Assembly (NCBI GenBank): GCA_041678505.1
Contig: JBAYOB010000001.1
Coordinates: 1,667-65,666 of the forward strand
From: Candidatus Dojkabacteria bacterium
GTDB taxonomy: Bacteria > Patescibacteriota > Dojkabacteria > SC72
DNA: 64,000 nt
Reading direction: 5' to 3'
The notes under the pieces are model-generated. The model saw only the letters and a program-made list of their open reading frames with translations, did not search any database and was not told where the DNA came from. This document shows positions 19,638 to 29,217 of this stretch, piece after piece; the stretch's first letter is position 1; each line of letters opens with the position of its first letter. The position numbers were made by a program, and so were the translations under genes.

Positions 19638-20747
19638 ATGTTTTTTCTAATAATTTTCTTTTTACTTTTGTTGTCAGTAACTCCTGTTAAGGCAGATATG
19701 TTTTGTACAACCTATGATGGTGCTTTAAATGCTTTTGCTCAAACAGTGTCATTGTCAATATCAAAGCTACCTGCACAGGATGATATAGAGTATGAGGTTA
19801 CAGATGTACTTGGTTCTTCAACAGATTATGTGTTTGAGAATTATACAATTTATGATTTAACCAGTGATAATGAGCACCAACATAGATATCCGCAAGTGTT
19901 AGATAGAGTAGAGGTTCCTCCTAATACGGATGTCGATCTGGCATATTTCTATAGAAATCGTACTGGACACGATGTCAGAATATTTAAAATAGGTATGTTT
20001 TTTAGTAAAGAAGATATAGGAGATGGTGATTGGACAGGCGTATTAGATATTGAAGAATCAGGATTACCGTGGGATATGATTAATCTTCTTTACCAAGGGA
20101 AAATGCTGTATAGAGAAGGGTTCTACAAAGAGTATCAAGGGTTAGGTATTGTACCAAAAGATATGTTCAGTGCTTTTGTACTTGATACTTTGAAAGTTTC
20201 AGATCCTCTGTCTATTAAAGATTTGAAATATGAGAAAAATGGAGAACTTTTAGATTTTTCAATTACTGTGGTTAATAGTGGTAATCAAGATTTAAATAAT
20301 TTGGAATTAAAACATGAGGGCATTATTAAAGAATTTTCCATATCAGCAAAAGATGAAATCTCTCTCCAGTACAGTGTGAGTAATACTGAAAGTATCTTTA
20401 AAGAAGGTCTTTTTAAAATATATAATCCTAATAGTCGGACAGAGTGTATAATACCAGGGAATGATCATTCTAGTACAAACAGGATGAGTGTAGCGACAGT
20501 ATTTACTCTTAGAGAGCAAGGATGGGTACACGGTGCATATAAATTGCCTGAGGAACGGAGTTTCTGTATTACGAGAATACCGTACACACGTGTACATAGA
20601 TTCTCAGAGCATCAAGAAGAAAAAGAGAGTGATGCTATAGAAGATGGTGTAAAACAGGAAGAAGATGAAGTACTGAGTGAAGTGTTGGGGGTAGTAAGTG
20701 AGAGTAGAGATATTCTTACACTACCCAAAACAGGTAAAATATATTAG
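19638..20747 (+). CDS. Secreted protein with a signal peptide and the C-terminal motif LPKTG at the extreme C-terminus (…TLPKTGKIY*)
   Basis: The signal peptide is 'MFFLIIFFLLLLSVTPVKA'. LPKTG lies 3 residues from the stop and no hydrophobic anchor follows it. Confidence 0.55.
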   Translation: MFFLIIFFLLLLSVTPVKADMFCTTYDGALNAFAQTVSLSISKLPAQDDIEYEVTDVLGSSTDYVFENYTIYDLTSDNEHQHRYPQVLDRVEVPPNTDVDLAYFYRNRTGHDVRIFKIGMFFSKEDIGDGDWTGVLDIEESGLPWDMINLLYQGKMLYREGFYKEYQGLGIVPKDMFSAFVLDTLKVSDPLSIKDLKYEKNGELLDFSITVVNSGNQDLNNLELKHEGIIKEFSISAKDEISLQYSVSNTESIFKEGLFKIYNPNSRTECIIPGNDHSSTNRMSVATVFTLREQGWVHGAYKLPEERSFCITRIPYTRVHRFSEHQEEKESDAIEDGVKQEEDEVLSEVLGVVSESRDILTLPKTGKIY

Positions 20748-20756
20748 GATTGTAAT

Positions 20757-22181
20757 ATGAAAGTTAAGATAGTAATACCGGAATATGTACAAACAGTTGC
20801 CAGAATACTTACCAAGGAAGGTTTTGACTGCTATTTGGTAGGAGGTGCACTAAGAGATGTTGTATTAGGAAAGGAACCACATGATTATGATTTGGCGACA
20901 AGTGCCTTACCTGATGAAATGTTAAATATATTCCCTAAGTCCATATCTACAGGAGCTAAATTTGGTACCGTTATTGTACTTGTGCAGGATAGGTATAAAG
21001 AGACACATGAAGTGGAGGTGACAACCTTTAGAAGTGAGTCTGGATACATTGATGGTAGATGGCCAAATAACGTTAAATTTGTAGATGAGATAGATATGGA
21101 TTTGGGAAGAAGGGATTTTACCTTTAATGCTATGGCAATGGATCTCTCAAAGATGGATATGGATGGATCAGAGGATGAAAAGGAAGGAGAAATATATGAT
21201 CCTTTTGATGGGGTAGGAGATATTGAGAGGAAACTGGTAAGAGCTGTAGGTACACCTTTAGAAAGGTTTAAAGAGGATGGATTAAGAGCCTTTAAGGCGT
21301 GTAGGGTAGCATCACAACTGGGCTTTGAGATAGAGAAGGAAACATTTGAAGCCATTAAGGCTTCTATACCGATAGCGTCCAAAGTATCTATGGAAAGGAT
21401 TAGAGACGAATTTATGAAAATGATTTTAGACTCTCCGAAACCATCAGTAGGGATAGAATTAATGAGACAAACAGGTCTTTTAAATATATTTATACCAGAA
21501 CTTTTGGAAGGGGTAGGTGTGGAACAGAAACTTTTCCATGCTCATGATGTATATTGGCATACTCTTAAAACTTGTGATGCTGCACATGATAGTGTCAAAT
21601 TAGCTGCTCTTCTTCATGATGTTGCCAAACCTAGAACAGATATGGGCGATGGTCATTTCTATGGACATGACAGGATGGGTGCTGATTTGGCAGAAAAAAT
21701 AATGAAAAGGATGAAATTTCCTCGATCAGAAATAGAGAGAGTAAAGATATTGATAAAGAATCATATGTTTTACTTTCCTCATGTTAAAGAAGATATGACA
21801 GAAGAAGAAAAAGAGAATATTGAGTCACACAGGTGGTCTGATGCTGCTGTTAGGAGATTTATACAAAGAGTGGGAGAAGAAAATATCGATGATCTATTTA
21901 AATTAAGAATGGCAGATGCCTTGTCTAATCCAGCTACTGTCTTTAAACCTGAAGAAATAACACTGTTACAAAAAAGGATATCTGAAGTGAGAGAGCAAGA
22001 TATGGCCCTTAAGGTTACAGATTTAGATGTTTCAGGAGAAGATTTAATGAAACTGGGTATTGAGAAAGGACCTAAGTTAGGAATAATACTGAATGAATTG
22101 TTAGATATGGTGGTAGAAGATCCATTACTTAATAGTAAGGAGAAATTACTAGAGAAAGCAAAAGAGTTAGCAAAAATGTAA
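20757..22181 (+). CDS. cca: CCA-adding tRNA nucleotidyltransferase with HD domain
   Basis: It has the polymerase-beta-type motif 'LVGGALRDVVLGKEPHDYDLAT'. A downstream HD motif (HD...HMFYFPH) is also present. Confidence 0.8.
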   Translation: MKVKIVIPEYVQTVARILTKEGFDCYLVGGALRDVVLGKEPHDYDLATSALPDEMLNIFPKSISTGAKFGTVIVLVQDRYKETHEVEVTTFRSESGYIDGRWPNNVKFVDEIDMDLGRRDFTFNAMAMDLSKMDMDGSEDEKEGEIYDPFDGVGDIERKLVRAVGTPLERFKEDGLRAFKACRVASQLGFEIEKETFEAIKASIPIASKVSMERIRDEFMKMILDSPKPSVGIELMRQTGLLNIFIPELLEGVGVEQKLFHAHDVYWHTLKTCDAAHDSVKLAALLHDVAKPRTDMGDGHFYGHDRMGADLAEKIMKRMKFPRSEIERVKILIKNHMFYFPHVKEDMTEEEKENIESHRWSDAAVRRFIQRVGEENIDDLFKLRMADALSNPATVFKPEEITLLQKRISEVREQDMALKVTDLDVSGEDLMKLGIEKGPKLGIILNELLDMVVEDPLLNSKEKLLEKAKELAKM

Positions 22182-22247
22182 TATCTCTTGTCATCCATAC
22201 CCTCTATCTACTATCATGTATAAATTACCTAAAGAAAAACTGTCTAC

Positions 22248-23654
22248 ATGCGAATACAATTTTTAGGAGGTGCAAAATCAGTAACAGGTTCATGCTTTTT
22301 CATTGAAACCGATGGAATTAAAGCTCTTGTAGATTGTGGAGCTTTTCAAGGACCTGGTGATATAGAGAAAGGAAATTATGAGCCTTTTCCTTTTAATCCA
22401 GCAGATATAGATGTGATATTTTTAACTCATGCACACTATGATCATAGTGGTAGGATACCAATTTTAGTAAAACAGGGTTTTAAAGGAAGAATAATATGTA
22501 CACAACCAACTAGAGATTTAACCAAAATAATACTTTTAGATTCTGCTAATTTACAAAAAGAGGAGTATGAAAGATGGATTGCTAAGCCGAAAGGAAAGAA
22601 GGATGAAGAAGAGGAAAGATTTGTAAAACCTCTTTTTACAGAAGAGGATGTAGAGGAAAGTATGAAATATTTTGAAGTATATCCGTACGGCAATTCAGTA
22701 AATGTAAACAAATCATGTGAGTTTAGAATGAGAGACGCTGGACATATATTAGGATCTTCAATATTTGAGCTTTGGTTAAAAAATGAAGTAGGAAGGTTGA
22801 GAAAAGTGGTTTTTTCAGGAGATTTGGGACAACCAGGAGCTAGAATAGTTAACGATCCTGATTTAATAAGGGAGGCTGATTATGTGATCTGTGAGTCTAC
22901 ATATGGAAATAGACTACATAAGGATAGAAATGAAACAGTATTGGAGCTTCTTGCTGCAATTAAGAGTGCCCAAGAGACTAAGGGAAACATATTAATACCT
23001 TCATTTGCAATAGAAAGAACTCAAGAATTGCTGTATGAAATTAATCTTTTTGTAGAGAACAAACTCATTACAGATCTTCCCGTATATTTAGATAGCCCTA
23101 TGGCCTCAAAAGCTACAGAGATTTTTAGACAGTATCCTAATTTCTATGATGATGATGCTAGAAGATTGCTTAAAAAGGGAGATGACCCTTTTGAGTTTCC
23201 AGGATTACATAAGATAGAGTCTGTGGAAGAATCAATGAGATTGGCAAGTAAGAAAGGAATCGCAATTATTGCAGGTAGTGGGATGTGTACAGGAGGAAGA
23301 ATAGTACATCATTTAAAGAATAATATTGAAGATCCAACAACCCATATCATCATTGTAGGCTATCAAGTGAAAGGAACTTTGGGTAGAAAAATAGTTGATA
23401 GAGAACCTGTAGTAACAATAATGGGGGAGCAATACAAGAATAATGCTAAAGTACATTCTTTAGGAGCTTTCTCTGCACATGGAGATCAAAGAGATTTAAG
23501 ATATTGGTTAAGGAGTTTTGGCCATGCACCAAGAAAAATATTCTTAGTTCATGGAGACGAAGAGGTAATAAATGCTTTTAAAAGTAATTTAAGAGAGCAT
23601 TTTAGAACTGAAATAGTAGCTCCTAATCAGGGAGATAGTTTTAAATTAGACTAA
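22248..23654 (+). CDS. Beta-CASP family metallo-beta-lactamase-fold ribonuclease (RNase J/CPSF-like)
   Basis: It has the MBL motif 'THAHYDHSG' and a C-terminal RNA-metabolising MBL/beta-CASP pattern. At 468 aa it lacks an RNase J C-terminal domain. Confidence 0.65.
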   Translation: MRIQFLGGAKSVTGSCFFIETDGIKALVDCGAFQGPGDIEKGNYEPFPFNPADIDVIFLTHAHYDHSGRIPILVKQGFKGRIICTQPTRDLTKIILLDSANLQKEEYERWIAKPKGKKDEEEERFVKPLFTEEDVEESMKYFEVYPYGNSVNVNKSCEFRMRDAGHILGSSIFELWLKNEVGRLRKVVFSGDLGQPGARIVNDPDLIREADYVICESTYGNRLHKDRNETVLELLAAIKSAQETKGNILIPSFAIERTQELLYEINLFVENKLITDLPVYLDSPMASKATEIFRQYPNFYDDDARRLLKKGDDPFEFPGLHKIESVEESMRLASKKGIAIIAGSGMCTGGRIVHHLKNNIEDPTTHIIIVGYQVKGTLGRKIVDREPVVTIMGEQYKNNAKVHSLGAFSAHGDQRDLRYWLRSFGHAPRKIFLVHGDEEVINAFKSNLREHFRTEIVAPNQGDSFKLD

Positions 23655-23659
23655 AAAAA

Positions 23660-24610
23660 ATGATCGAGAAATATAGTGAGATAAAAAAAATATATGATGA
23701 TATAAAAAATTTGAACATTCAGGGAGCCACCAATGTTGCAATTGCGACCTTAGAAGGAATGAAGATGTATATCAATGTTAGTAATGAAAAAGAAAAGGAG
23801 CTGTTTTACAAAGAGTTGATAAAAGTAGGTAGAGAACTTTCTTTAGCCAGAGATAATGAACCAATGGCTAAAAATGGTGTAACATTTGTTGAATACTCTT
23901 TCGGACAGCTATATTCTGATTTACCAGAATTAAATACCATGAAACGAGAAGTAGATAAGCTGTGTGATCAGTTTTTGGACATGGTTGCCAAATCTAAGAA
24001 AGATTTACTAGAGAAATCCAGTAATTTCTTTGGTAATTTTACCAAAGTGTTTACACATTGCCACTCCTCAACTGCTGAGTCATTAATTATATCAATGAGC
24101 AAAGAAAAGAAGAATTTTAAAGCTGTGTGTACAGAAACAAGGCCAAAGTTACAGGGAAGGATAACTGCACAAAATCTCTTAAATGGAGGTGTGGATACAA
24201 CATTAATAGCAGATAGTGCAGCAGAGTCATTTATTATTGGAAGAGGTAGTGTTCCTGTAGAAATACTTTTCATAGGGTGTGATATGATAACTTCAGGAGG
24301 TCATACAGTTAACAAGATAGGGAGCTGGGGAATAGGGATGGCTGCCCACTATGCAGACAAGCCTATGTATGTTGTAACTCCTATCCTCAAGATGGATCCA
24401 GATTCATATATACATAATCTAAAGATAGAGATTAGAGAGTCTTCAGAGCTTTGGGAGAATGCTCCTGTCGGTTTACATATGTATAATCCTGCATTTGAAA
24501 TAGTAGATAGTAAGTTAATAACGGGATATGTCACGGAACTAGGCATTATTAGACCTAATGATATTGAGAAAGTTGCCTTACAAGCATATCCTTGGATAAT
24601 ACAAAAATAA
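23660..24610 (+). CDS. Ribose-1,5-bisphosphate isomerase (eIF-2B alpha/beta/delta-like, e2b2 family)
   Basis: Three motifs match archaeal R15P isomerase: 'THCHSSTAE', 'CTETRPKLQGRITAQ' and 'NPAFEIV'. Confidence 0.75.
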   Translation: MIEKYSEIKKIYDDIKNLNIQGATNVAIATLEGMKMYINVSNEKEKELFYKELIKVGRELSLARDNEPMAKNGVTFVEYSFGQLYSDLPELNTMKREVDKLCDQFLDMVAKSKKDLLEKSSNFFGNFTKVFTHCHSSTAESLIISMSKEKKNFKAVCTETRPKLQGRITAQNLLNGGVDTTLIADSAAESFIIGRGSVPVEILFIGCDMITSGGHTVNKIGSWGIGMAAHYADKPMYVVTPILKMDPDSYIHNLKIEIRESSELWENAPVGLHMYNPAFEIVDSKLITGYVTELGIIRPNDIEKVALQAYPWIIQK

Positions 24611-24628
24611 ATTAAAAAGTACAAAATT

Positions 24629-26140
24629 ATGGCGTTCTACTTGAGAAGTAAAAACTTAGATCTTGGTAAAGATAATGATTTTAATATTGTATTAAACAGA
24701 AAAGATGCTGAGAGATTAGGTGTTAGGGAAGGGGAAATAGCGTTGATTGGAGTAGGAGAGGTTGAATTGTATGCAAATGTTCTAGAAACAGATACTGAGG
24801 TTGCAGAAGGAGAGGTGGGTCTTTTTGAAGAGATCTGGAAGGAATACAATATGAAAAATGGCTATTCTATCTTTGTTGATATTCCAAGGCCAAGCGAATC
24901 TTTAGATATCATTAGTAAAAAGCTTTTAGGACGAGATTTAAGTGAAAAAGATCTTGAAATTATTATGAAAGATATAGGGGAGGGGAAATTAAGAGAGGTA
25001 GAGATAGCTTTCTTTATCTCTACTTTTTTTAATCCAGGATTTAATGATAACGAGATATATTGGATGACAAAAGGTATGGCTAATTCCGGAGATATTCTCT
25101 CTTTTAAAGGTATCAGAGAAAACGGAAATATTGTTGTAGATAAGCACTCAATAGGGGGGGTAGCTGGCAAGGCAATAACTCCTACTCTTGTTCCCATATT
25201 AGTAGCTGGAGGTTTAATAGTACCAAATAGCTCTAGTAGAGCTATTACATCTCCTGCAGGTACATCAGATATTTTAGAGGTAGTAATGCCTGTAACTTTA
25301 GCAAAAGAGAAAGTAATAGAGGTAGTTAAACAAACAGGGGGCTGTATGTTCTGGGGAGGCTCTTTAGATCTCTCTCCCGCAGATGATGTAATTATTAATG
25401 TAGAGAGATCTTTGAAGATACAGGAATTTCAAAAGGTCTTAGTTAGTATTGTTGCTAAAAAAATCTCTATGGGAATAACACATATATTGATAGATTTACC
25501 ATACGGTAAGGGTTCAAAGGTAGAAAGAGTAGATGATGTGAATATGTTAGAGAGAGAATTTAAGAAACTGTTTAAAAAATTTAACATAGAATGTGAAACC
25601 ATGAGAAGACCAATACGTAGCTTAGATGCAAGAAGTGTTGGTCCTAACTTAGAGATTAGAGAGGCCTTAAGAATACTAGAAAGAGATGAGAGGAGAAGTA
25701 GGGAGGTGGAGAAGATAGTGATAGAGATGGCGACCAGACTATTTGAGATGACTAAAAAGGTAAAGAGAGGGGAGGGTAAAAAACTTGCTCGTGAAATATT
25801 AGATTCTGGGAAAGCCTTGGACAAATTCTGGGAAATAGCTTTTGCACAAGGTGCTACTAGGAAGATACAAGCTTCAGATATTAGACCAGCTACTTTACAG
25901 TACGATCTTCTTTCTGACAGAGATGGAATTGTAAAGAGTATAAATAATGTAGAATTGGTTGTTGTATCAAGAGCTTTAGGAAATCCTAAAATAAAAGAGG
26001 CGGGTATCTATGTATATAAAACAACAGATGAAGAGGTTAAAAAAGGAGATAAGTTACTAACGATTTATGCAACTACAGAGTCAAGACTGGAAAGTGGTAG
26101 AGGGTTATTAGATATAGACAAACTTTATACTTTTAAATAG
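24629..26140 (+). CDS. AMP phosphorylase (thymidine-phosphorylase family, DeoA-like)
   Basis: It carries 'DKHSIGGVAGK', 'SSRAITSPAGTSD' and 'CMFWGGSLDLSPADD'. The N-terminal domain 'MAFYLRSKNLDLGKDNDFNIVLNRKDAERLGV' parallels archaeal AMPpase. Confidence 0.8.
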   Translation: MAFYLRSKNLDLGKDNDFNIVLNRKDAERLGVREGEIALIGVGEVELYANVLETDTEVAEGEVGLFEEIWKEYNMKNGYSIFVDIPRPSESLDIISKKLLGRDLSEKDLEIIMKDIGEGKLREVEIAFFISTFFNPGFNDNEIYWMTKGMANSGDILSFKGIRENGNIVVDKHSIGGVAGKAITPTLVPILVAGGLIVPNSSSRAITSPAGTSDILEVVMPVTLAKEKVIEVVKQTGGCMFWGGSLDLSPADDVIINVERSLKIQEFQKVLVSIVAKKISMGITHILIDLPYGKGSKVERVDDVNMLEREFKKLFKKFNIECETMRRPIRSLDARSVGPNLEIREALRILERDERRSREVEKIVIEMATRLFEMTKKVKRGEGKKLAREILDSGKALDKFWEIAFAQGATRKIQASDIRPATLQYDLLSDRDGIVKSINNVELVVVSRALGNPKIKEAGIYVYKTTDEEVKKGDKLLTIYATTESRLESGRGLLDIDKLYTFK

Positions 26141-27986
26141 TATGTTTTTTCTTCTTCTTTTCTCTAAGCTTTTTGTATATGTAAATAGAGAAAGAGATTA
26201 ATCCTATTAATAATCCAAATACAATTAAAATAGGTAAAGTTACAATGATAGCTTTCCCTAATGTTGTTGTTTTGAGTATGGTATCTCCAAGTACAGAGAT
26301 TTGCGAGAAAGAATTTTCTGGGATTTTATCCTTGTCAATTAAATCAGTATAGGAGTTGAAGTCTTTAAAATTAGGTTCATCTTCTACACCGTAAACTTTT
26401 ACAAGTAAACCTTCTGTAGTAAGTTCTTGTATATTATTTGCAGAATATATCTTTATATTAGACAGAGATTCATCATTAAAAACCTCCCATAAAACCCTAT
26501 CCACCATCTGCCCAATTTTCATGTTCTTACTTTCAAAACTTGGATCTACAGATAGCCAACCGTACTCAGGAACCCAAACCTGTACCCACTGATGTCTAAC
26601 TTGATCCTGTGTACTTGTAATATTGGTCAGATTAGCATATCCAATTGCAGCTCTAGAAGGAATACCCTGTGCCCTAAGAAGAGCAATCATTAAATCAGCA
26701 TACTCCATACATACAGAAGGACCTCCTAAAAATGCTTCCAGTGCACCAATACGTTCATTCTCGGATGTCGCTTTTGCTGAATCATACTCTAAGACTTCAT
26801 TGACAAAAGAGTAATTAGCTTTAATAATATCCATAAGAGTTTCTTTCTCCTTTGCTAGAATTTCTGCTTCTTTTTTAATTGTTTTGTCATTGCTCTGCCA
26901 ATATTTTGTAGATACAAGATACCTACTTAAATGCTTTGTCTTTTTAACATCCCCTAGATAGTCACTAAAAGAGATATCAAGTAATTCTTTGTCCTCTTCC
27001 CATTCATCTTGTTCAACAACAATATATCCGTTAATCTTAATCTTGCTTTCTTTGTTTGCAGGCACTTCAAAAAGAGCAAGAATATTCCCTTCTGTATCTT
27101 TGTGTAAACTTTTAGGTAAAGGTTTTACAGTTTCAAAAAAAACTTTCTGATTAGTTTCTGAAAACTCCCTAGGCAGAGATACTTCATATATATTTGTAGA
27201 AAGAGCTTCAAAATGTTTTGAGTAGCTCTCAGGTATGAGGTTATCTGTTTTTAAAGTTTGATACTCTAATTCAAATCTGTAAATAACAGAGGTTCCAAAC
27301 TCCAAATAGGGCGAGTTACCAATCCTATCTGTTTGAGAAAAAGTATAAAGAGTCTTCCCATTACTTTCGCTCTTTGTAAATGATGGGAAAGCTTTTGCTA
27401 AAGGTTCAATACTATCATCTACTACCATACTTAGTTGGTAATTAAACTTTGTTACTGTTCCACTTTGTTCATCTTTTTGTTCAAACACAGTATCTCTGGG
27501 AAGAGATGTACCAATAATGTTAACAAATTTACCTACCTTAACAACATAATCATGAGTTTTGTATGAAAAAACCATCTTGTACGGTGCAGATGATGTAGTA
27601 GCTCTTTCATTTGGAATAGTTACATAGATGCCTTCACCATGTTCTTTCTCTTCAAGAGAGTAATCCAAACTGTTACCCTTATCATCTTTTACAGAAATGC
27701 TTTTAGTCTTAAATAGGCGCTCTTTAGTAATATGTTCCTCAGATGCAGTAGCTATATCTGGAATATGAAAGATTTTTTCTCCAGCAGCAGGGAAGTAGAA
27801 GTCACTATTTTTAACAGTCCTAATATATTCTGTAGAGACAGTGACGTAATCTTTTCCAGTTGTGTATGATATTTCAGTTTTTGTTTCTACAAAAAAATCT
27901 TCGTCTGAAGCAAAAGTACTGTCTACAAAGAAAAAGACAGACAGTATTGAGATTAGTATAGAAAGTGTTAGTACGGATTTCTTCAT
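26133..27986 (-). CDS. Transglutaminase-like cysteine protease-fold protein, membrane-anchored (signal peptide; C-terminal TM + KKKKK tail)
   Basis: The transglutaminase core is 'GGPSVCMEYADLMIALLRAQGIPSRAAIGY' with a downstream His/Asp. The C-terminus reads 'IIVTLPILIVFGLLIGLISFSIYIYKKLREKKKKK'. Confidence 0.65.
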   Translation of the reverse strand: MKKSVLTLSILISILSVFFFVDSTFASDEDFFVETKTEISYTTGKDYVTVSTEYIRTVKNSDFYFPAAGEKIFHIPDIATASEEHITKERLFKTKSISVKDDKGNSLDYSLEEKEHGEGIYVTIPNERATTSSAPYKMVFSYKTHDYVVKVGKFVNIIGTSLPRDTVFEQKDEQSGTVTKFNYQLSMVVDDSIEPLAKAFPSFTKSESNGKTLYTFSQTDRIGNSPYLEFGTSVIYRFELEYQTLKTDNLIPESYSKHFEALSTNIYEVSLPREFSETNQKVFFETVKPLPKSLHKDTEGNILALFEVPANKESKIKINGYIVVEQDEWEEDKELLDISFSDYLGDVKKTKHLSRYLVSTKYWQSNDKTIKKEAEILAKEKETLMDIIKANYSFVNEVLEYDSAKATSENERIGALEAFLGGPSVCMEYADLMIALLRAQGIPSRAAIGYANLTNITSTQDQVRHQWVQVWVPEYGWLSVDPSFESKNMKIGQMVDRVLWEVFNDESLSNIKIYSANNIQELTTEGLLVKVYGVEDEPNFKDFNSYTDLIDKDKIPENSFSQISVLGDTILKTTTLGKAIIVTLPILIVFGLLIGLISFSIYIYKKLREKKKKKHTI

Positions 27987-28060
27987 TATTTATTGGCAGT
28001 TAGGTGATCTTATCTATATAGTATATATCATATTTATCTCCATTATTATATAATCCCTTT

Positions 28061-29167
28061 ATGTCAATTAAACAATCACATTCATTCTCATTGGGTATAG
28101 TAGGGCTACCTAATGTAGGGAAGTCAACAATATTTAATGTTTTAACAAAGATGTCTGTATCTGCAGAGAATTTCCCTTTCTGTACTATAGATAAGAATGT
28201 AGGTGTGGTAGAAATACCAGATGAGAGGTTAGAGAGATTATCTAAGCATTTAAAAGCAGAGAAAACTGTTCCATCTGCTATGAAGTTTGTAGATATTGCT
28301 GGCTTGGTCAAAGGAGCTTCTCAAGGAGAGGGTTTAGGGAATCAGTTTCTCTCTCATATTAGGGAGGTTGATGTAATTATGTATGTACTGAGGGCTTTTA
28401 AAAGTGAAAAAATAGTGCATGTATATGATAGAGTAGATCCAATTGATGATTTTGAAATAATCCAGTCGGAATTAATATTAAAGGATATTGAGAGTGTGGA
28501 GAAGAGGTTAGTAAATGTTAAAAAAGAGGAGAGAGTAGGGAAAGAGAAAGCTCAAAGAGAGAGAGAACTTCTAGAGAAAGTTTTAAAAAGGTTAAATGAG
28601 GGTACTTCCATTATTGACATGAACCTATCTAAAGATGAAGGTGATTTAATTCATGACTTATGGTTACTAACTAGTAAGAAGAGGTTCTTTGTATTAAATA
28701 GTAAGGTAGGTTTAGATGATAAAAGGTTGAGTGAATACAAGAGTCGATTAGAAAAAGCGACAAAAGGTACTGTTTTAATAGTGGATGTTAAATTACTCTC
28801 GGAGATGGTAGATATGAGTGAAGATAAGAGGAAGGAATATATTAGTATGCTAGATAGTGTTCCTACAACGATAGAGGAGGTTTTGAAATTTGCTTTCAAA
28901 GTATTAAATCTAATTACTTTCTATACGGGCTCTTCAAAGGAGTGTAATGCTTGGAGTATTGTAGACGGAAGTACAGTAAAGGAGGCTGCTGGTGTTATAC
29001 ATTCAGATTTAGAGAAAGGTTTTGTAACTGCAGATGTTGTAAATGTAGAACAGATGATGAAGGTTGGAGGATGGGTAGAGGCTAAAAATCATGGTATAAT
29101 AAGGAATGTTGGGAAGGAATATGTTGTAGAGGATGGAGATTATATAGTGGTTTTAGCAAATAAATAG
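28061..29167 (+). CDS. ychF: Ribosome-binding ATPase YchF
   Basis: It has the Walker A 'LGIVGLPNVGKSTIFN' and, at 368 aa, a C-terminal TGS-like domain (…VVEDGDYIVV). Confidence 0.85.
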   Translation: MSIKQSHSFSLGIVGLPNVGKSTIFNVLTKMSVSAENFPFCTIDKNVGVVEIPDERLERLSKHLKAEKTVPSAMKFVDIAGLVKGASQGEGLGNQFLSHIREVDVIMYVLRAFKSEKIVHVYDRVDPIDDFEIIQSELILKDIESVEKRLVNVKKEERVGKEKAQRERELLEKVLKRLNEGTSIIDMNLSKDEGDLIHDLWLLTSKKRFFVLNSKVGLDDKRLSEYKSRLEKATKGTVLIVDVKLLSEMVDMSEDKRKEYISMLDSVPTTIEEVLKFAFKVLNLITFYTGSSKECNAWSIVDGSTVKEAAGVIHSDLEKGFVTADVVNVEQMMKVGGWVEAKNHGIIRNVGKEYVVEDGDYIVVLANK

Positions 29168-29217
29168 TGTGTATATACTGCCTTAGATACTTTATATTGT
29201 GTATTTTTTACTAAGTT

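Noticed and set aside
20885-22198. Minus-strand ORFs (165 aa, 139 aa) inside cca
   Set aside because: They are antisense to a motif-bearing CCA-enzyme gene and have Ser/Leu-rich low-complexity translations.
28000-28311. 103-aa minus-strand ORF overlapping the ychF start
   Set aside because: It overlaps the Walker-A-encoding 5' end of ychF on the opposite strand. It has no RBS or motif.
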